A stretch of 64,000 bases of DNA from contig JASANG010001737.1 in NCBI GenBank assembly GCA_030248215.1, forward strand, positions 124,001 through 188,000. The letters are read 5' to 3'. The translations under genes and the position numbers were made by a program. Position 1 is the first letter of the stretch, and the number at the start of each line of letters is the position of its first letter. The stretch is from Enoplolaimus lenunculus (Eukaryota). This document shows, in pieces, positions 14,701-26,050 of this stretch. The notes beneath the pieces were generated by a model. It was not told where the DNA came from. It saw only the letters and a program-made list of their open reading frames with translations, and searched no databases.

Positions 14701-15206
14701 CCCAGGGTCGAAGCCAGTTTGCTAAAAATGTTTCTGGAGGGGCATAGAATGTTTTTTGTTGACTTAAAAACAAAGTCGAAAATTTTCTGGGGGGTATTTC
14801 ACCCTAATTCCTTATAGGCTACGGACCCGTGTATCCCGTATGTAACGTCCCTGGTTTGTTTTGTGTATTTGCCAAAATTCAACAGATGGTGTTGGTTATG
14901 GAAAAAAGAAAACCCAGAAAACATTAATTTTTTATGGTTTCGTTTATGTTTCGACGTACGAATGTACGAAGGTTTAAGTATAGGTATATGCCATGTACAT
15001 TGGGTTTATGTGTATGTCGTGGTTTGAATAGCAGATTGGTATACGACATATACGATGGTTCATAGACGGAGTCTTTGTGTGGTGAATATTATTCAGGTCT
15101 TCCTAAAATTACGGCTCTGACTGCTAGAGAATGTAGCCGAACGATATCGTTTAAGCATTTTAATGAAGTATTTTTACAGTTTTCCGCTTTCATAGTTGAG
15201 GGATAG

Positions 15207-15435
15207 GGCCAATATAAAAAAACAGGGGCGGAACAGTATTATAAGCATACTCCTAAAGCCCAAGCTTAAGCGTTAGAATGAGCATATTCCTAAGTCTAAG
15301 CCTAAGCCTCAGCGTAAGAATGAGCATATTCCTTAGGTTAAGGCTAAGGCGAACAAAAATAATTATTCTAAAGCTTAAGCTTATTCTATTGCAGTCCCAC
15401 AGAAAAGCGTTCCGCCGCTGATCTTTACATGGGCC
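15207..15435. mobile_element. TTAGGC/TAAGCC MITE copy
   Basis: GGCCAATATAAA...TCTTTACATGGGCC termini with TAAGCC subrepeats. Confidence 0.7.
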
Positions 15436-18400
15436 GCGTAACCCTAATGTTATGTATATGTATGTGCTATTTTGGAGGACCATATGGTTTGTGCTTATTA
15501 TATCAATAATGGGTTACGTTTGCGTTAATAACGCACATATTGATTGATTAACTAATGCACACTCTCGATGGCTTTAAGTCACACGATAATATTGTTTTGG
15601 TCACCCCCCCTCACATCATCATCATCATTACTTATACAACTCTGAATATAGCGATAGGAATTTATGGTTGCGTATTTTGATTTAACAATATTCGGCTGGC
15701 TATTGAACGAGTTACGCTAATATCAGTCTGTCTATTGATTATACGTAATTATAGCTGGACCCAGGATGCGCAATTTTCACACGGTTCCAAGTGCCAACAG
15801 AGGTTAATTTTCATTATTGTAAGCATTCGCGTACACTAGCGGATAGTAGGAAGTAGCCGATTGGAAGTGTGTAAAAAAGTCAAATTTTTTTATATTTATT
15901 TTGATATTAAATTGTGGTATTGTAGTCGATCGACTAACTACTAAATTTCAAAATTTTCAAATCCCTCTACGTGCGAGCGATGCGAACGTGGATTGGTCGG
16001 CGACCGACGTGCGAGACTACGTATGTGGTCGCCCAAGTTGAAACAGTATCCTGGATGATTTTTGCTGTCTGCCAAAATTCGCTGCGAGCAGCCAATTAAT
16101 TTTGTTTATTTTGTTTTGTTGCGCAACGTGAAACCAACCATATTGTAGTTAATGTTTATTTTTAGTAATTTTTTTTTGTGTTTTTTGTGGATTTTTTTTC
16201 GTCTTGCCAACGTATTCTAAGACGTGCTAGAGTTGTCTGGTTTGGGCTGTGATGGTGGTTGCCGTTTTCCCACAATTTTTAATTACCACACACTACACTG
16301 GACACCGGTCGTCACGGATGTAGAGCTGTTTGGTTTGTGTTCATTCACTTCCGACATACTTTACGAATTTTCAGATTTTGGCATATCTTAGGCTTAAATT
16401 TAGGTTTCGGTTTGGGCTTGGGTTCAGGCTTGGGAAATTTTGGATAATACTTATTCGTCGCCGTCATGGTTTTGAACTTTTCGCAAGAATTACAGGCAAC
16501 GGCGGATCCGAAAGTTTGTGACACAGCGCGGACGGGAGAGCTGGTAAAAGTTATGAAACGCAGAGTTTTTTTTACTGTATACAACATAATATGTTCCAAT
16601 TTTGCGAGGAACGAAAATTGAAAGGTAGATATTTTATCACAAAAACTGTTCTGAGGGGGGCGTACGCCACCATACTGCCCTCCACTGCATTCGCTAGTGA
16701 TAAACGGGTACGTATTGGTTTTCAAAGCGTATTTTTTAATATGTGCAGTTTTAATAAATGAACGCAGTCTGGATTGTTGCACATTTTGCATTAATTAAAT
16801 TGTGCATATTGCGTAAGTACTGGTGGCTAAGCAGGGCGACTGCTGCTTCGTTGAACAGGTCTGTATTTGTTATTGTACCACCTGCCTGTGGGCTATGGCA
16901 TTATTCAAATACGTATTTATAGAGAGGGATAAAGGGTGTATAAATATATTTGTTTCCAAATTTTATTGAGATAACAAAAAGCGTTTCGAGCAAGCTTCAC
17001 CATAACCTATCTGATTGTAAAAATATGCAAAAAATTCGTTTGCATGAAGTAATGCCATCACGGGATGAAATGCTGGCTGTATGTTATGTTGGTTTTAACT
17101 TGAATATGGTGTCGTTTAGTAAAGATGGGCCATTGCTTGGATGCTGGGGTACGCGAGGTCCGCTCCAAACCCATCGTACGACGAAGGTCCCGCCTATCAG
17201 TGTCAAAATGGTGATTAAAGTACGTCAATACCTGTCAAAATGAAACTGTCTCGTGTTTACGATTGATAAGCACCGCGCGACTGGGAGGCCAAACGCCATT
17301 TGAGTGCTAAATTATCTTATATTCCTAATTTATGCTCCGCCGAATGGAATATAAATTAATACCTACTCTTCGATAGCAATTTTGAACCTCAAAATCGATT
17401 TTTTAAACAATTCTTCTAATCTGGGTGTGGAATACAGTACCGCGGCTGCCGGCCTCTGCTGCTCCCTTGGGACGAGCCTTCCGGCACCTGCACCCCTCGG
17501 CATTCGGCAATACTGCGCCGACATGCAGTTTCAAAACGTTGTGCTCTTTCAACGTAATTCAAATTGGGAATATCGTTATTCGTACTGTTGCTTTTAGCGC
17601 GGTTCGCTCGTGATTGGTCAGCAACCGCCCCGTGCATAGGGCCCCGTTTCATATGCTCGTGGGAGGAAGGATCACTAGTGGATCCCCAGGGGCGGGGCGG
17701 AGGGCGTACGCTCCCTCAACAGAAAATGCTTGTGTGATAAAATGGTCTGGTCTCTACCTTACAATTTTTTTCCTCTCGAAAAATTGGCACGCATATGTCG
17801 CATGCAGTAAAAATTGTGTTTCATAACTTTTGCCGGTTCACCCTGCCGTAACAAATTTGTGGATCCGCCGCTGCGATGGATGCGATGACCGCGGCATTAT
17901 GAATGTTTAAGGCAAAATATGTGGTAAAGGCCAAACTTGCAACTTCCTAAAGCAAATCATTTATGGGTTTGCAATTTGCCTAACTGTTAGTAATTAATGT
18001 TTTGCTTGTATCTAAAGTGAAAACGGACAAAAACGATTTGCTATCGTCCGAAAAGTCTCAGAGTCTCTTACTTTTTGGCTAAAATTTAAATGCTTTACAA
18101 CCTACTGCATGTGTCCAAATTTTACTATTTGATAGCTGTATAATTCCTTGCATGTCCCTCTGTTGTTGACCCTCTAGCGTGTTGTATATAGCAAGCTACT
18201 ATGTACGGGGCCGGTGCTGTGGTTGCGTAGTATAAAACTATGAACAATGTTTTCATACAACTGTTGTTAGTCTTGCACATATGGATAGATAAGATATACG
18301 TATATGTGCGTGGATTTAACGGAGTATTTTATATATTTTAAACGAATGTTGAATATTTTATATCTCTGTAGAGTTTATTTTCGAAAAATACGTGCTCGCT

Positions 18401-19530
18401 GGCAAAATTTGAGTGTAAAAAGTTGTTGTTGATGCGGTTAATGACATTGAGTTGAATGCTTGGAGGTTGAACTGAGGGTGGCTTTTGAGATAGCGTGGGC
18501 TGCATATCGCGGTTTGAATGCTTATTTAGCACAAAAAACGCTGGTTGTATGTATACTAAGTAGCTTATACTAAAAAATTTTTTATCAAAAATTATACAGG
18601 CAATGGTGTGAGAAAAATCCAAGAAGCAGGCGTAATTATGGGATCAATCTCATTTCAGGTATAAGGACGTATTAAAAGTTGTTTGCGAGCGAGCGTAACG
18701 GGTGAAAATATTTGTTTGTAACCTATAAGATCCCAGTAGGTTGTGCAACTGCCTGTGTTGAAAGTGATAATGTTGTAGTGTCTGTGAAAAAAATCGAGAT
18801 ATATTCCATCTATTCTCTCGTAGGTGGAGATATGGAATATGACCCTCCCTAGGAATTTAATAAAATAGTTCATTTTATAGATTTCGACGCTCAGAGTTCA
18901 ACGGTGTCATTTTGAGCGCTGCAGGGTCCCGGTTCTATAGTTATCGCCCTTTGTGCAAACAACAATCGAATTTGTGAAAAGAATAAATTTGGTTAAACTT
19001 ACATTTTACGAACATGTAAATTATTGATACTTCCTGTTCCAATACTTCCTGATCCAATCTATGCGTGTTTGCACTATAATTTTGAGGGTCATAACTTCTG
19101 AACCGTTGGTCATGCAGCCATAAGAACGGTACCGTTGAATTCAGCTCGTCGAGATCTATAGGATGGACAACTTTTTATCAAAATCCTAAAAGGTCCAGAT
19201 TCCTTCCCCCCACCCTATCTTATACACACGCGTACCAAGGAAGGATCTCTGTTACGGTAGAACTTTGTATTGGCCTTTCAATTACAATATGCGCCGTTCG
19301 GCTAGTTTTAACACAAAATGTCAAAAGACTTCCGCCCTTCGCGCAAGGTTTACTTAATAATTTTAACGCCGATTTCACTTATCAGGCTTAATAACATTTT
19401 GTAGCTTTTTGTACTGAAAATGTTATTTTTTGGGATTTGAGCTCAGAAAAATTCTGCATTCACCAGAATCAGTCAAGTTTTTTCTAAGCCAGAGAAAGCG
19501 GTTTTGATTGTTTTTTCTTATCCTCCCTGT

Positions 19531-20740
19531 TATTGAGCGAAGCGAAACTCAGAGCGAAGCTCGGAGTTTCGCGAAGCGTTTTATGTTTTGTACTTGGGGT
19601 TGAAAGGTGGATGTCCGTCCGTCCGTCTGTCCGTCCGAAAAGAATCTCAGGAACGGCTGAACCGATTTCGATAAACTTTTTTGTTTCAAAGTCAGTTATC
19701 CTGGGGTGTTAACCTCGCATTGGGGTTTTAAAATTTTAGGCCGTTTATTAGCTACAGGCTAATTTGCATAATTAATTAAGCCTAAATTATGACTTTCCAC
19801 AATACTTCACTAATTATTACAGTTAGAAGCAATCTAATTTTAGCATTAAAGGGTTTTTGGATACGAGAAATCTGCGTAAACTGTTTACAACCCCCCAAAA
19901 CCGATAACTGAGCAGTTAGCTAATAGATAATTTGCATATTAGCAGTTAGTAAGCCTAAATTAGGACTTCTTACAATATTTCACTAATTATTAAGGTTAAA
20001 AGCAATATAATTTCAGCAATGAAGGGTTTTTAGGTGCGAGCAATTTGAATAAATTGTTTACAAACATCTCAAACCGATAATTGAATAGTTAGCTAATAGC
20101 TAATTTACATATTAGCTTAATTGACAAGACAAAACCTGGACTTTTTAAATTATTTCAATAATTGTTAGGGTTTACTGAAGGTTTTTGGTGCGAGGAATCT
20201 AAATAAATTGTTTACAAACGTCTAAAACCGAAAAACCGATAATTGAGTAATTAGCTATTTGGTGCGAGGAATCTGAATAAATTGTTTACAAACGTCTAAA
20301 ACCGAAAAACCGATAATTGAGTAATTAGCTAATAGATAATTTGCATATAAGTATAATTGATAAGCCTAAATTAGGCGTTTTTACAATGTTTCCCTAATTA
20401 TTAGGGTTACAAGCAATCTAATTTCAGCAATAATGGCTTTTTGGGTGCGAGGAATCTGAATAAATTGTCTAAACACCTTTAACAGCAATTGTCGAATAGT
20501 TAGCTAATACGTAATTTGCATATTTGCTTAATTAACAAGACAAAATTAGGACTTTTTAAATTATTCCAATAATTACTAGGGTGGCTGAAGGGTTTTTGGG
20601 TGCGAGGAATCTGAGGAAATTGCTTAAAAATCTTCAAAACTGATAAATGAATAGTTAGCTAACAACTAATTTGCATATTACCTTAATTGCTTACGTGCGG
20701 TCGAGCTTCGCTCAATAAATGTAGTCCAACTACGACTGTT
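19531..20740 (+). mobile_element. Helentron-associated (HINE / DINE-1-like) non-autonomous element
   Basis: Subterminal inverted repeats TATTGAGCGAAGC...GCTTCGCTCAATA, a GTCC/GTCT microsatellite near the 5' end, central ~150-175-bp tandem units and a 3' hairpin GTAGT-CCA-ACTAC. Confidence 0.8.
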
Positions 20741-23131
20741 ATACGCGATACGTTCCCGAAATACTGCTGCATTGATTACGTAATACGTGTATTACAGCAT
20801 TGTTTTTATTTGTTATGATTGTAACAAACACGTTGTACAGACATGAAGGATCACAATGTGTGAGAGCTAAAAATAGCAGCAAGTTCGCCAGCTAAAATTC
20901 AATATTCTAGCGCTGGTAGCTTCGTAACGTTAACTGTCGAAGCTGGACGGGTTTACATTTCGTGGAATTTTAGTATTATAGTTCAGGGGTGTGAAAATGA
21001 TTTCAGTTCGTTCGACAATGAATAATATTGTTTAATAAAAAAATTTTTTTCACATGGCCTAGAATCCAGAAGTGTTCATACAAAAACCTGTTACTAGCGC
21101 TTTCTGTCGTGTCCCGATAAGTTTTGGGTGTGGATGTATCGTTTTTATACCCTTGCATACAAATAGAATTACTGTTAGCGTGTAGGGCTGCCATAGATTG
21201 GTTATCGTTGGTTGTGTAAATCTGTTGGTAAAACAGTATATATCTGTGATGTGTTTGGTGTTGAGTTACAATAGACATTTTAGTTTTAATATTCTGTTCA
21301 TTGCATCATAAAAGCAGGGATGTCGTGTAGACCCAACCAAAGAAGAACGGGAAGACTACGTAGCGCCCTTCTACTCATCCTTCGGGTGGAGAGGCAAAAT
21401 TGTTTTAGTGAAACTAAATTTTGACCTACGGTTGGTTTGCTGCAGGTTCAAGCTGGCCGTATTATTGTTGAATATTTGCAAAAAGCTGTTGGGGGGCTCT
21501 TGTTCTTCTGGCTGGAGAAATTGCGTGAATGATGATTCATCATGGAGTAGGCTTTCAATTCGCGATTGTGTAGTTGTATACGAGTATATATATAATATAT
21601 ATATTTATTTATTTATTTATTTATATATTTGCTTTGATAATGTGCAACGCCAAGTCACGAGTTTAAGCCGAATTTGTTCTGTTTTAGCTTAGCTATTTAG
21701 AATGTCTACTGTGTTTGCGTGGTTGTGAAGCTAGCTACACTGTAGCAAACGCCATGCCTTAAAAGATTTCGTTGTTATATGTTTTGTTCAAATATTTTCT
21801 GATTTATATTGGTTAGGCGGAGAGACATCGCTGAAATTCGAGTTTAAGTCAATATTTTTTACTCAAGTTTAGTAGCTTAAATTTAAGTCAGAAACGTTTT
21901 TAATAAGGATTTCTATTTGTAGAATTAGTTGAGGTTATTCGAAACTGGTACTACGTAGTTGTAATCTTGTGGTTCAGAGTTTCTAATGAAATGAAAATAA
22001 CACGACTTGCAGTTGTGCGTTTATAGGAAAAGTTTCGAATTTTAAGGTTACGTAACGTTTGACGTTTTGGCGTAAATCACGAAACTGGCTTAAAGTTAGA
22101 GGTCAGTTTAAGTTATATGTCTTTGCAACCAGCCATTATCGGTTTTATTGCAGAGTGACGGGCTACTACGTATATACTACTGAAAGCCCGGTCTATTATT
22201 AATATATATACTTCATATAGAATATAAATGAAATTAAAATATTTTCTATTTTATTAGCAAAATTTCTACATTTGTCTATTGTTTGTTGCTGGTCGATTGA
22301 ATTTGGCAAATAATTCGCCAGAAGAAAGCTAAAAGCTAATATGGTTAATAAAGTAATATAAAAACTACGTCATACTGACGTGTGCTCTCAGTAACGATAC
22401 AAATAATACGGGTAAAACAGTAACATAGATTGATTTTTTTATGTACACAACACTGTGATTTTAGTGCGTTTTGTGCGATTTGGCCAAAAATAATTTTCAT
22501 CGTCTGTTTATATTTTGTCGCTGAAATATTCCGAATGCTGTGTTTATTGGTGATTTGGGGTATGGAAACGTTTCGCTCAATCGTTAAAGAACCAAATTTA
22601 CTCAAGTTTTAAGAAAGCAATATTCGTAACGGCAGCGCTGGTAAACCCAGTAGACTAACTTATATTATTGGATTGGACGCATTGTGGTAACTGTAAGGTC
22701 AGTCGATCACGGCTTATTGTTACAGCGAAAACACGCTGAAAGTCTCCAGGAGCTATTTTGTTTTTGGTTTGGTTTGTTTTTCGTTATCCCAACTTGAAGT
22801 AACACGAAACGGAGTAACCGTAAACGCACGCCGAAAGTTGCCGACGCTGAGAAGAATAAATTGCTACATTGTTTTGCTGACGTCTTGTAGCTGGTATTGG
22901 ATTGCAATTTCAAGTTAGCACACTTTCGCAAGTTTGGTGCAGTCTGGCAAAGTATCGATATTGTTAGCTGTAGTCCAGTTAGCTATTCGCAAATTAGAGG
23001 CTTTGTAATTCAAGTTCAGCTTGCGCGTGCGCCAACGACAGAACGTCTTAGCGTTTGTTGGATGTTTGGCATTTTTTATCGGTGATCCTGCTATTTCAAG
23101 TTGAAAAAAGTGGATAAGTTGCGGCTTCAAC

Positions 23132-25376
23132 ATGTCGACCAGTGCAGCGACAAGTGGGGATACAGGCAGTAGTGGCGGAATTGGGATTTCGTTTTTGAGC
23201 CAGCTGTTTCGATCGTCGACGTCGAAAGCGGCGGCGGCGGTCGCGACTGGCCGAAAAAGCTCAACATCGTCGTCGAAGAAACCACGATCGTTGTCCGATT
23301 CAGATTCGTTTGTGTTGCCGATGCATGTGAAACCGGGCGACGCTAGTCGATTGCCACCGTCAACTGCAAAGGCTGGATGGTCGAATGGAACCGGCTTAGC
23401 GTCGCCGCCAAGGTCGGCTCCGCTTCCTCCGCCGTCCCAGCTCCAACCATCTGTTGCGATACCTGCGCAGATAGTGGGGGATGCTAGTCAGCCGTCATCA
23501 GCACATAACGGTATAAATGGTAGCAGGGTGTCGTCGGTGGATGCTGAACGGGTATCCTACCGCTGTCGGGGTCTCAATCCAATGTGTCAAGGTGGGAATT
23601 CGTGTAATGTCGCTGCTGGTGGTCCCGGTGGCGCTATTGGTATCCCTGGGGCTCAAATGACTCGCCACACCGGAGAAATGTGTTGCGACAACAGTGGCGA
23701 CTGTTGGAAGGCCTGTGATAACTGTGGGACACGAAGCGGCGAGAATTTTGTCCACGGAAGTGTTGCGATCGATTTGAGCCCGGCTTTGCGAGCAGACTGC
23801 GAGGAGCCGTCTATCCATGCCACCCTAACTGCGACTGGCGCCGCCGCTGGCGGGTTTCACAGCGTACCAGGAATTGCGAAACGGACGGCGTACGATGCCG
23901 GTGGGTATGTACCATCTTGTGCAATAGTACCACCGACGTTTGCGAAACAAAAAGAACAAGAAGAAACAAAAGAACAACTACAACAACAGCAGCCGCAGCA
24001 AGAACAACAGAAACAACAACAACAGCAGCGCCGCCGACAAGCTCGTAACCGAAGCAACAGCTTGTTCGATCCATACCGCGGCCTCAGTATTTACAGCCGG
24101 CCATTCATGGCGGCGGCCGCTCTCTCAAACGGCGGCAGTGCTGGTAGACGCCACAGTGGAGCCCGATCAGCACCAGCGACCGTCCTTCTGGTGCCACGTA
24201 AAGCTCTGATCGCACTGTCACACGACAGCGCAGCGTTCCACGAACAGTTTCGCCGGCTGTCGCTGGTGACAACGGTACCGCCGCCGCCGCAACGACAACA
24301 GTTGAATTCATCCGGATCGTCGATTTGTTCGACATCGAACGGATCGTCGTCGACTGGTGGCGGTGGCAGCGGTGGCTCTGGCTGCAGATCGAGTTCGTCT
24401 GAAGCACCGTCGCCGCCCACGCCGCCGCCAGTAGTTGCAGCTGTCATCGACTCCTCTGGTAAACGCGTCGACTACTACGCAACTGATGGCGGCAGCAACG
24501 ATCGTGATAACGTTGATTGTGTTCTAACGCAGCCAAACACGACTACCGGCGATACACTGGGTAAAGATCAGTCCCTTATCGCAGGAGCGGTAAATTGTAG
24601 CGCTGGGAGCGGCAGAAATGGATGTGGTTCTACAGATCAAGTTAACATCCAATCCGCAGCTGCAATTCGGCTTGCGGCTGCGTACCAGTTTCAACAACAA
24701 CGACAGCAACGCAAGAAGCAACTGAATTCATATGGCGGCGGGTGCGCTAACGCAAACCGCAGTGGGGGCTACGGTGGACCTGCGTCAGGGTTGTTTTCGT
24801 TGCCAGAAGACAGTAGCGAAACATCGTATCATTCGTACTGTAATCCACCTGTTACCACTCTCCGACAAAAAGACAGTCCACCTCAGCTGAACAGTTTCGA
24901 TGAAGTCTTTTATGGTTCTAGTCCGCCTCGCAATGTCCAATCGGATCATGGTTATGGTAGCAACCGAAGTAGTTCAAAGGCGATTGTATCCAATCCTCTT
25001 CCAGCAACGGGTGACGTCGCCAGTAGCGTTTGTGATATAAAAGACGGGTCAGCAAATGGTATACGAGGTGCTCAGATACGTAAAGATTCTGTTGGACGGC
25101 GACGAGTAGATTCGCCGCCGTATGATCGTAACCAAACGGGTATTGATGAATTTGGAAGCGGTGGTGATGACGCTACGCTAGCCAGCAGTAGCGCTCCAAT
25201 GGCAACCGGGTTTGACGCCGCTAGAAAAGACCTGGACGAAGACGGCGATGAATTTTGTGACGCCCTCGATCAATCAGGGGTCGCTTGGGATTCATGTATC
25301 CTACCGGAAGATAGCGGTGACTTTCAAACGACAACAATATATCAAGACTTGAGACTGTTTTATATTGAGCAGATTG
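23132..25376 (+). CDS. PRKAG: AMPK-gamma coding exon 1 (748-aa Ser/Gly/Gln/Pro-rich extension)
   Basis: The only long GC-rich ORF in the window. In-frame TGA at 23102 lies upstream of the ATG. The exon ends at a G|GTGAGT donor (25377) in phase 1, matching the acceptor at 33409. Confidence 0.8.
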
Positions 25377-25759
25377 GTGAGTTTTGATTGGATGGTTGAA
25401 TTCCGGCTTTAGTTATAATTTTTTTCTCAGCGTAAGGGGGTTTTGATTGATACGCTGGTTAACATCCGTGCTCGGGTAACCGAGGTGAGATCAACCAAAG
25501 TTTCACTCCATAACTATCAATTTAGCCCTATTCACAAATGTAAAGTTTTTGCAGTGAGAACTTGCAGCTGCAGTTTGCAATGTATATAAGCTTTGTTTTA
25601 AAACACTGACACAAAACATTTATATATGCAAGTTATCGCTGCAAAAACTTGTGCGTGCGCATAAGGCTTAAATTGATAGCTTTGGAGTGAAACTTTAACT
25701 TATCTGTGTTACCTCCATCATCAGAGAGTGGGTGTTTGCTACAAAGCGGTTGTTGTTTG

Positions 25760-25820
<61 letters not shown>

Positions 25821-25921
25821 GCGATTGTTGTTGTGGTTGTTGCTGCTGTTGTTGTTGTTGTTGTTGTTGTTGTTGCGGTTGTTGTTGTTGTTGCGATTGT
25901 TGTTGCGGTTGTTGCTGCTGC

Positions 25922-25973
<52 letters not shown>

Positions 25974-26017
25974 GCGGTTGTTGTTGTTGTTGCGATTGTT
26001 GTTGCGGTTGTTGCTGC

Positions 26018-26050
<33 letters not shown>

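Noticed and set aside
21317..21692. Open frame upstream of AMPK-gamma as an extra coding exon
   Set aside because: No recognisable homology, it runs into AT microsatellite, and exon 1 has an in-frame stop before its ATG.
23498..24721. Antisense and alternate-frame ORFs overlapping AMPK-gamma exon 1
   Set aside because: Expected shadows of a GC-rich low-complexity coding exon.
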